The position numbers and the translations under genes are program-made. From the NCBI GenBank assembly GCA_044892525.1, contig CM097885.1, forward strand, positions 74,586,001-74,650,000: DNA of 64,000 nucleotides, in the 5' to 3' direction. The stretch comes from Schmidtea polychroa. Its lineage: Eukaryota. A model generated the notes under the pieces. That model was not told where the DNA came from and did no database searches. It worked only from the letters and a program-made list of their open reading frames with translations. This document shows positions 1 to 7,931 of this stretch, piece after piece (positions within the stretch are counted from its first letter, which is position 1; each line of letters opens with the position of its first letter).

Positions 1-110
1 TTAAGGGGAATAAGAATTTTATTTATAAAAGGCAAACATCTTTTTGAATCATTGAGTTAAGAAATAGAAGGGTAATAAATTTAAGACCAGGTAATAGAAA
101 CCAGCAAATA

Positions 111-1034
111 ATGGCAGAGATAAATAATTTACAAAATCTAAATGAGAATAATTTACAAAATAATAATGTGCCAGTAGCTCAACCACCAGCGGTAGATTTT
201 ATGAGATACCCAACAATTCCGATTAAACCATTTAGTGGAAACCCAGGGGAGTTTCCAGAATTTATGTCCGAATATTTTCAGTTAGCCAGAGCATTAGGAT
301 TCCCGGAACCGGTAATGATTTTGAGATTACCTTTATATTTAAAAGGGATGGCGCGGGAAATATATAACGATGTTATAATAGCCGAGCATCCAGTTGAATG
401 GAATGTATTACGATTAGCGTTACAAAACAGAATATTACCGGGGGATGCAACTAGAGTGCTGAGACAACAGTTTTATAACAGGCGACAAAATTCGGGTGAG
501 ATTGTTGGGGAATTTTCATATCAAATAATGATGTTGGCAGAGAGAGCATTTGGTAATAGGGCAGCCTGGAATGATGCAACTAGAGCATTAGTGAAAGATC
601 AGTTTTGGTCAGGGTTATCGTCAGCAATGAGAAATGCACTCAGTTTACACATAGGAGATAATTTAGAGGAATTAACTCGCAAAGCGTGTTTAATTGAAAG
701 TAGCATTGAGAAATCAAATAATTTTGCTATTAGTAGCAACAAGTCAGACATTGAGTGTTTTAATTGTCATAAAAAGGGACATATGTCAAAAGATTGTAAA
801 AGTAGGAATAATTCTCCAGGGGACAAATTGTGTACCAAGTGTGGGAGAAATAATCATGTGGCATCAAACTGTAGAATTTCGGACCTAAATTGTGAGAAAT
901 GCAAGCGCAAGGGACATGTAGCGTCAGTTTGTAAAGCTAGTTTTGGGGGAAATAATTCAAATAATAATAATAATAGAAATAGAAGCCCCGATAGGAATTT
1001 TCGTGGTAATAATAATAATAATAATAACTTATAA
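111..1034 (+). CDS. gag: Gag (retrotransposon capsid-like domain + 3 CCHC zinc knuckles), element 1; frameshifted in AAT/poly-G tract
   Basis: LPLYLKGMAREIY...FYNRRQNSGE capsid signature; CFNCHKKGHMSKDC, CTKCGRNNHVASNC, CEKCKRKGHVASVC. Confidence 0.9.
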   Translation: MAEINNLQNLNENNLQNNNVPVAQPPAVDFMRYPTIPIKPFSGNPGEFPEFMSEYFQLARALGFPEPVMILRLPLYLKGMAREIYNDVIIAEHPVEWNVLRLALQNRILPGDATRVLRQQFYNRRQNSGEIVGEFSYQIMMLAERAFGNRAAWNDATRALVKDQFWSGLSSAMRNALSLHIGDNLEELTRKACLIESSIEKSNNFAISSNKSDIECFNCHKKGHMSKDCKSRNNSPGDKLCTKCGRNNHVASNCRISDLNCEKCKRKGHVASVCKASFGGNNSNNNNNRNRSPDRNFRGNNNNNNNL

Positions 1035-1101
1035 TAAGAAATAGTAATTTTAATAATAATATTAAAAGGGATGAAGTAAATTCGGGGGGGGGGAAATTAA
1101 A

Positions 1102-1668
1102 TGTCATAAGTGTGGGAAATTTGGTCATATTATGCGTTCTTGTCCACAGAATCAGTTATCTAATAACAATGGTAGTGACAATGCTAATAATAATCGATCG
1201 AAGCAGACAACGTTTGCCGTGAATTCAGATCACAAATTAACTTATTTGCAGCAGCTTGAATTAGAAATTCAAGAAGAGAGAAACAGGTTAGCGAGGCTAA
1301 CAACAAATGAAACGGATGAGTACGATGAAAATGAAGGTGTTTATATGACGTCAGCCAGAAAAAGGCGAAATAAAAATAATTATGTAGAACTTGAAGTGTT
1401 GATGCTTCAAGAGAGTCCATGGGAGGACAAAGAGGAAAAGGCTATAGTCATAGAACCAGAGGTCTGTGAGGGTTTACAGGTTTCACCCAGGAAAAATCTA
1501 GTGGCTATGGTCATGGAGCCAGAAGCCGACAGAGAAATAGAAGGTTTACCGGTTTCACCAGTTAAAAATCGTAAGGCTATGGACATGGATCCAGTAGCTA
1601 ATGAAATTGTTCCAACAGAAGTATTGGAAAAAAATGGGCTTCGGTCAGTGAGCCGGAAGTTCTTATAG
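1102..1668 (+). CDS. gag: Gag C-terminal part (4th CCHC knuckle, coiled coil, acidic repeat linker), element 1
   Basis: CHKCGKFGHIMRSC from 1102; LTYLQQLELEIQEERNRLARLT matches element 2 LTYLQQLEMEIQEEKNRLARLT. Confidence 0.8.
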   Translation, partial: CHKCGKFGHIMRSCPQNQLSNNNGSDNANNNRSKQTTFAVNSDHKLTYLQQLELEIQEERNRLARLTTNETDEYDENEGVYMTSARKRRNKNNYVELEVLMLQESPWEDKEEKAIVIEPEVCEGLQVSPRKNLVAMVMEPEADREIEGLPVSPVKNRKAMDMDPVANEIVPTEVLEKNGLRSVSRKFL

Positions 1669-1679
1669 CCACATCATCC

Positions 1680-3152
1680 ATGCGAGGTGAGTGGGGTAGT
1701 GAACCAATAAAGGTTCGAGAAGCATCGAAAGAGGAAAGAAATCCCATCGATGACTGTAGAAAAATACTATTACGCAAGAGCGTATGGCAAAGAGAAATGA
1801 GACAGAAATTAGAAAATATTCGTTTAAACCCCGTTAATGAGAATGAGGTTGACAAAGTAATAGATATCATATCAGAGTTAGACAGAAATGAGGAATATTA
1901 TACAGAATTGAGAGAAATTCTGAGAAATATTGGCCTAAATTGGAAACAAAGAGAGAATCTGGAGGATTCTACAATTTTTGTATCTTTCCCAAAGGGTTGT
2001 TTTCGTAGATATACGATTAACCCAAGTGAAAAGGTAGAAGCATTGGCAAAGAGAGTTTCTGTGGTAAAACCTCAACAGAGATGCAAACTATATTTATTGG
2101 GAGAAAGATTATTAGAGGGAGAAACCTTGTTAGATTGTGGTATACTACCAGGGAAAAATATGGTTATAAAAGCAAAGTTTCACAAGGAAACTGTTACAGT
2201 AGTGGATTTGGATAATGTCCTTACTATAAGCGAGATTGAAATTGATCAATTAAATCAAATATCAGCCGTACCACATAGATTGGGAATCGAACTGATGAAA
2301 AACCCAAGAGATGGGGAAGCCATTAAGATGATAATGGATTGGATACTGGAGTTGCGAATCCCAGTAGATACTCTTAGAGAGATAATGCCATTGGTGGTGC
2401 CTTTAGTAAAAGAGACATCACAATTTCAGACTCAAGCAAAGATGCTGTTGATTAAAAATGGACATGCTATTAGACATTTGGAAGGTAGACAAGGTCCAGT
2501 GATGTTAGATATCAGGATACCCAGGAGAGGACACCTGATACAACAATTCTCATGTTATCATAGAGTAAAGAAACTGAGAAAAAGAATATCAGAAATAGTA
2601 AAAGAATCATTCCTAATAATGATACATGGTTGTCAGGTGGATGACGACGAATTTCTAGTAGATGTTGGATGCTTTCCCAATGAGGAAACAGTTGTATTAA
2701 TATTATTGGTAGAGTTTCCAGAGGATCAATGGGCAACTTTGAGATTGCCAGATAATGCTGAAATGGAGGATGAAACAGTACATCCTGAGCAAAAACAAGT
2801 AGACGGGAATACTCATCAGGAACCCGTAACTACAGTAGATTTAGATGAAGAGATAGACAAATATCTCAAGGAACTTGATAACACGGAAGACGAGTTGGTC
2901 GAAATATTTCCTACAGAGGAAGATATTGAAGTACAATTAAATCAAGATGAAACAAACATCGGAGCTAGTACATCGCGACAAGTCGAGCCACCAAGAGAAA
3001 GAGTGAGCCCGAAGTTAGTCGAGAATAAAAAGAAAAGAGAGAGAAGGGGTAGACCGAGGAAAAGTCAAATGAACCCGCCCCCAAGAGAACTTTTAAAACC
3101 AGTTACAATCCAAAATGTAACTAAGCAGGCTCTAGCAGGGATAGCTAGCTAA
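1680..3152 (+). CDS. Polyprotein segment with two helical + ubiquitin-like repeats and an AT-hook, element 1
   Basis: TIFVSF...KLYLLGERLLEGETLLDCGI and LIMIHGCQVDDDEFLVDVG resemble ubiquitin LIFAGKQLEDGRTLSDYNI; RRGRPRK; the TAA at 3150 is read through in element 2. Confidence 0.7.
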   Translation: MRGEWGSEPIKVREASKEERNPIDDCRKILLRKSVWQREMRQKLENIRLNPVNENEVDKVIDIISELDRNEEYYTELREILRNIGLNWKQRENLEDSTIFVSFPKGCFRRYTINPSEKVEALAKRVSVVKPQQRCKLYLLGERLLEGETLLDCGILPGKNMVIKAKFHKETVTVVDLDNVLTISEIEIDQLNQISAVPHRLGIELMKNPRDGEAIKMIMDWILELRIPVDTLREIMPLVVPLVKETSQFQTQAKMLLIKNGHAIRHLEGRQGPVMLDIRIPRRGHLIQQFSCYHRVKKLRKRISEIVKESFLIMIHGCQVDDDEFLVDVGCFPNEETVVLILLVEFPEDQWATLRLPDNAEMEDETVHPEQKQVDGNTHQEPVTTVDLDEEIDKYLKELDNTEDELVEIFPTEEDIEVQLNQDETNIGASTSRQVEPPRERVSPKLVENKKKRERRGRPRKSQMNPPPRELLKPVTIQNVTKQALAGIAS

Positions 3153-3221
3153 ATTGATAAAAGCGTTGGAGACGCTAGTGATAAAACGGAAACATGGAAA
3201 ATACTAAGTCAAATCTTACGA

Positions 3222-4676
3222 TTGATCAAGCCTGATTGGCAAATTAAGAAAGATAAAAGTGTTAATGTTGACAAAATTGCAGAAAAAGTCAAGAAAGCTA
3301 TGGAAAAGATTCCAGGAAGCACCACGGAGCAGGAGATGTTCGAAATAGCAGGGCAATTCATAGACGAAGGCCTGACGAAAGGGAAAATGATAACGATTCT
3401 AGCCTTAATGTTTAAAAATGCATTGAGCATAATTAAAGATGATTCGTCGAAAATTCCAGCAGCCATAGACAAGCTGACTGATATCATCGAAGTGAATTTC
3501 AGAACATGGATGACTGAACATAAGTTTTGGGATATAAAAGAAACGAAAGGAAAATATGAATTAAATGAAGAATTGTTGACAGAAAATATTTCAAGTAGTC
3601 CACGGGGAACAGGTGGATTTACTAGTTGGATGATGATGTTGTTGGTAATGATGGGAATATTGCGACAGACAAATTCCCTAACGGCATATGATTGCAGTGA
3701 ACCAATATTATCGCGAATCTACTCATTAGTAGACACAGTGGAATGCAAGGAAGCATATCCAGATAAAGTTGCAAAAAGGGAATACGTGGAATATCATGTT
3801 TATCAGCAAACAGAGTTTTACAGAACCAGAGTGAGGGAATGTCGAATACAGAGAGCGACGTTCGAATATTACTGTGGATCGAATAGTTATTCAGCATTTT
3901 TAGGAGCTAAACTCATTCCGATACCGTTAATCATCCCACCAGAGGATTGTGTAAATGCTTTTCGGTCAAAAACAGTTAAAATAGATCATGAGGTGACAAT
4001 TACCGCAGAAGAAGGGAAAAAGTTGGGTATAACTATTACCCGGGGAGGACCGATAGCAGATGATGGTTCCTGTCATGGTAGAAAGAAAGTTAGAGGTTCT
4101 AATGTAGTAAACTATGTGGTAACAGTTGAGGACTACACAGTAGAGCTGATAGAGTACGAAGGAACTTTCGAAGTATCCACGGGAAAAATGATGTCTCATC
4201 CAGAATGCAACGTGAAATATGGTTATTGTAAAACCAGTTTAGCAGTATTAACGTACCAATCAATGAGAGATTTTTGTGATTTAGGATACCTGAAAAAGGT
4301 AGTATTTTCAAGGCTAGATGGGAAAAGTTTTACGTCTCAGGATTCACAACAAAGTGGTTGGGGAGACAAGATAGCTCACAAAACGAAAAAGGAAGTGGTA
4401 CCAGAGAAAAGCACAGCAGTAGTATTAGTCTCAAAGGATCCCACAGATGCAATTCGCTTAGTCAGAAAAAAACAGACAACAAAATGTGGTGTACCAATAT
4501 TTGAAACCAACTACAAGGGAATATACTTAGCATACAAGTATGTTCCGGCAGCAGAATCATTGCATCTATCAGATATTAAAATAGCCAAGTATATCAATAA
4601 TAAGATTGATTTCTTGTATCATGATCTGCAGAAACAATTATTAGATGTGTATCAGGAAGTGATCCTGAACGACTGA
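3222..4676 (+). CDS. env: Bcl-2-like domain + internal signal peptide + N-terminal half of chuvirus-like glycoprotein, element 1
   Basis: GLTKGKMITILAL (BH1-like), TWMTEHKFWD (BH2-like); WMMMLLVMMGILRQTNS/LTAYDC; cysteine pattern AYDC..SL..VEC..C.I.R..Y.CG..S; stop at 4674 aligns to Cys in element 2. Confidence 0.75.
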   Translation: MIKPDWQIKKDKSVNVDKIAEKVKKAMEKIPGSTTEQEMFEIAGQFIDEGLTKGKMITILALMFKNALSIIKDDSSKIPAAIDKLTDIIEVNFRTWMTEHKFWDIKETKGKYELNEELLTENISSSPRGTGGFTSWMMMLLVMMGILRQTNSLTAYDCSEPILSRIYSLVDTVECKEAYPDKVAKREYVEYHVYQQTEFYRTRVRECRIQRATFEYYCGSNSYSAFLGAKLIPIPLIIPPEDCVNAFRSKTVKIDHEVTITAEEGKKLGITITRGGPIADDGSCHGRKKVRGSNVVNYVVTVEDYTVELIEYEGTFEVSTGKMMSHPECNVKYGYCKTSLAVLTYQSMRDFCDLGYLKKVVFSRLDGKSFTSQDSQQSGWGDKIAHKTKKEVVPEKSTAVVLVSKDPTDAIRLVRKKQTTKCGVPIFETNYKGIYLAYKYVPAAESLHLSDIKIAKYINNKIDFLYHDLQKQLLDVYQEVILND

Positions 4677-4679
4677 CGT

Positions 4680-7600
4680 TTGAATCGGGAAATAATACGA
4701 AATAGATTAGCAATATCTATAGCTAATCCGGATTTAATAATGCCAATGTTGACAGAGGAAGGAACATTTGGTAGAATTTTGGGTGAAGCAATTTATAGCT
4801 ATCAATGCAAAGCAATAGAGGTAGAAATCACCAAATATGATCGATGTACATTGGAGCTACCTGTGAAATATAAAGGAAAATTGAGATTCCTGATGCCAGT
4901 ATCACACCAATTATTGAAGGAGGATACCTCACCATTAACAGCAATTTGCAATCCAGCAATGTCACCATTATACAAAATAAACAATATTTGGATTTCATTG
5001 CCAAACAGAAAGCCGCCTTCAAAACCAGTTGAAGTGCTTCAAGCTACAAAGTTAGAAACTAAAATGGAGTTTCAACCATTAAACGAAATGTCAAAGGGCG
5101 GAGTATATACTCCGGAAGATATTGAAGAAGCTCGGAGAGCAATTGTATTTCCCCAAATCAGAGATCGGGGAGTGACAGAGATAATAACAAGAATCTATCA
5201 ATCATATGATGGAAAACCGGACTATAATCTATTATTTGGACCAGAACATTACAAACAAGCTGCATCAAACGTAATACGGAAAATCTGGGGTAGATTTACA
5301 AGCTTTGGCATTTTTGTAGCAGGATGTTCAGGTATATATGCAATAGTGATGATATTGAAAATAATTATATCGCAATTATTTTCCACCTATAGTATCTTCA
5401 AGATCGGGGGATGGTCTTGGAAGTTGCTATTAGGAATGTGTCCAGTTTGTGCAGATTTTGCAGTATTTCATCATCATAATAAAGAGATTAAGAGAATGAA
5501 GAGACAAACTATAAAGAAACATGAGTTAATAATGTATGAACCTAGTCATCGAGACGATGACAATTCTGACGAGGGAGGTAACCTAGAGGGCTATGAGACC
5601 TCAGACAACACCTCAATAAAACCAGACAACAAAAAACCGAAATTTAAAAATTTTGAAAATAGTACTTTACAACAGTACCCTGTTAAAGCAAAAAGAAGGA
5701 AACGGCAGGAGTGGCCTGTGAATTATTTGTCACCATACGAGGGTGGAAAAAAGATAATACCAGAACGAGTTGAAGAGGAAATGTTAAAGAGGTTCGAGTT
5801 TAGAACAAATACAGATATATTACCATCTACCTCATACCCAACGTATAAAATGAAGTTCGAGACAATGCCACCCTTGGGTACATCAGTATTAGAGATGGTA
5901 CCAAAATATCCATTCAGCACGTTGGAACGGCTAAAGGAAGAGTATAAAGATGAAATAAAATCAGAAAATGACAAAGATAGTGATGATCAACAAAAGTTCA
6001 GAGATAATATTAGAGGAATCTCAACAATATTAATGGTCAATATGGGTAAAAAGACTCATAAACCTACGATTAAATTAAAAGTTAACAGGCATACGGTACA
6101 TGCCATTATTGATTCAGGATCAGATTTGACTTTGATCGAAGCAAATTTATTAAACGAAAAAGAATTACAAGCAATAGTGCCGACATTAACTGTTGCATCA
6201 GGAGCAAATGGACAACCTATCAATGTTATCGGAACATTAGATTGTGAATTAAGGTTGTGTGATCAAAAATTTAGACACGATATCAAAGTCACTAGACAAT
6301 GTATGGCAGAATGTATCGTGGGAATGGATATATTGAAAAAGTTAAAAGATATTGTATTCGATTGTGCAACAGGCGAATTAATGAAAATGACGGGTAGAAA
6401 ACGAAAAACCTACAGTGTGGATGTAGTGTTTTTGGATAGAACGGTGACAATACCACCGAGGACCGAAACAGTTTGTTTTGTAGCAACACACCAAGAGGTG
6501 GAAGGAGATGTTATTTTCGAACCAAGTGAGCAGTTCGTAAATAGGTATAAAACACCTATGGTGCAAAACTTGGCAACAGTACGGGGAGGAAGAATCCCGA
6601 TTAGATTAACGAATCTAGCAAGCAAATCATTGAGATTATACCCAGAGACTAGAGTGGGTAAAGTGATACAACTATCTAACATGCAGAAAGAGTCTGAATC
6701 GATATTATCAGTAGAAGAGGATGAACGAGATCCTGATATCGAATATTACGACGCACCGAGCTGCGATAGTAAAACCTTATATAGAAAGGAAAACATCAGA
6801 GTTAACCAATTGTTACGTAAATATGACCAAGTTTTCGCAAAACACGAGTATGACTTAGGGCAAGTTAATATTTTAGAGCATGAAATTAAATTAACAGAAA
6901 ATAAACCGATAAAAATACGCCCGTACAGAATACCTCAAAGTATACAAGGGTCCGTTGATAAACAAATTAAATTAATGCAAAAATATAATATAATCAGACC
7001 CAGTAAATCTCCATATTCCTCACCTTTGGTGGTTGTAGCTAAAAGAGACGGCTCAGTTAGATTATGCAATGACTATAGGAAATTAAATGAACAAACAGTT
7101 AGTGATAATTACCCGCTACCTTTGCTAGATTACATTTATGATAAAATGAAAAATTCAAAGTTGTTTACTGTGATGGATGCACAGAAAGGTTTTTATCAAA
7201 TAAAGATGAGCAAAGACTCAATTCCTATGACAGGATTTTCTACAAGTAGTGATCATTTTGAATACTTGGTAATGCCGTTCGGATTAAAAGGAGCTCCTCC
7301 AACGTTTCAGAGGGCAATGAATATCATGTTGATGGACGCACATCACGCAATGGTATATATCGACGATATTATCATCTTCTCGGAAGATTTGGATAAACAT
7401 TTGGAACATCTGGAGGACATTTTCAAAAGACTGATTATGGCTAACCTGAAAGTAAAGCCAAGCAAATGCAAATGGGCAGAATCGGAAGTGATTTACGTAG
7501 GGCATGTAATATCACACGATTGTGTAAGACCAGATCCGGCAAACACGGATAAAGTGAAGAATTTCCCACAACCAGTGAATGTGAAACAAATCAAAGGATT

Positions 7601-7931
7601 TTTAGGGTTGACGGGATATTACCGGAAATTTATACGAAACTTTTCAGCAATTGCTTTTCCTCTAACTACCTTAGAAAATAAAGGTATAAAATTTTTATGG
7701 GGAGAGGATCAGCAACAGGCATTTGACAAGTTAAAAGATGCACTATGCAAACCACCAATTTTACGATTCCCAGATTTTAAAAGACAATTCATGGTGATGA
7801 CCGATGCATGCACAAGAGGTATAGGTGCAGTTTTGGGACAGAAAGACGAAATTGGCGATGAGTACGCAGTAGCATATGCAAGTCGTGGATTGAAGCCACA
7901 CGAGAAAAGTTATGCTGTAATAGAATTGTAA
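4680..7931 (+). CDS. pol: Glycoprotein C-terminal half + TM, linker, aspartic protease, RT, start of RNase H, element 1
   Basis: ELPV..RFLMPV..CNP..Y.I..W; hydrophobic FGIFVAGCSGIYAIVMILKIII; IIDSGSD; MPFGLKGAPPTFQR; YIDD; MTDACTRGIGAVL. Confidence 0.92.
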   Translation: MNREIIRNRLAISIANPDLIMPMLTEEGTFGRILGEAIYSYQCKAIEVEITKYDRCTLELPVKYKGKLRFLMPVSHQLLKEDTSPLTAICNPAMSPLYKINNIWISLPNRKPPSKPVEVLQATKLETKMEFQPLNEMSKGGVYTPEDIEEARRAIVFPQIRDRGVTEIITRIYQSYDGKPDYNLLFGPEHYKQAASNVIRKIWGRFTSFGIFVAGCSGIYAIVMILKIIISQLFSTYSIFKIGGWSWKLLLGMCPVCADFAVFHHHNKEIKRMKRQTIKKHELIMYEPSHRDDDNSDEGGNLEGYETSDNTSIKPDNKKPKFKNFENSTLQQYPVKAKRRKRQEWPVNYLSPYEGGKKIIPERVEEEMLKRFEFRTNTDILPSTSYPTYKMKFETMPPLGTSVLEMVPKYPFSTLERLKEEYKDEIKSENDKDSDDQQKFRDNIRGISTILMVNMGKKTHKPTIKLKVNRHTVHAIIDSGSDLTLIEANLLNEKELQAIVPTLTVASGANGQPINVIGTLDCELRLCDQKFRHDIKVTRQCMAECIVGMDILKKLKDIVFDCATGELMKMTGRKRKTYSVDVVFLDRTVTIPPRTETVCFVATHQEVEGDVIFEPSEQFVNRYKTPMVQNLATVRGGRIPIRLTNLASKSLRLYPETRVGKVIQLSNMQKESESILSVEEDERDPDIEYYDAPSCDSKTLYRKENIRVNQLLRKYDQVFAKHEYDLGQVNILEHEIKLTENKPIKIRPYRIPQSIQGSVDKQIKLMQKYNIIRPSKSPYSSPLVVVAKRDGSVRLCNDYRKLNEQTVSDNYPLPLLDYIYDKMKNSKLFTVMDAQKGFYQIKMSKDSIPMTGFSTSSDHFEYLVMPFGLKGAPPTFQRAMNIMLMDAHHAMVYIDDIIIFSEDLDKHLEHLEDIFKRLIMANLKVKPSKCKWAESEVIYVGHVISHDCVRPDPANTDKVKNFPQPVNVKQIKGFLGLTGYYRKFIRNFSAIAFPLTTLENKGIKFLWGEDQQQAFDKLKDALCKPPILRFPDFKRQFMVMTDACTRGIGAVLGQKDEIGDEYAVAYASRGLKPHEKSYAVIEL

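Noticed and set aside
1625-1640. A_AAA_AAT slippery heptamer as a programmed -1 gag-pol frameshift in element 1
   Set aside because: Element 2 changes frame at different positions (~36680, ~37940) and is open across the equivalent region; a homopolymer indel or sequencing error is simpler.
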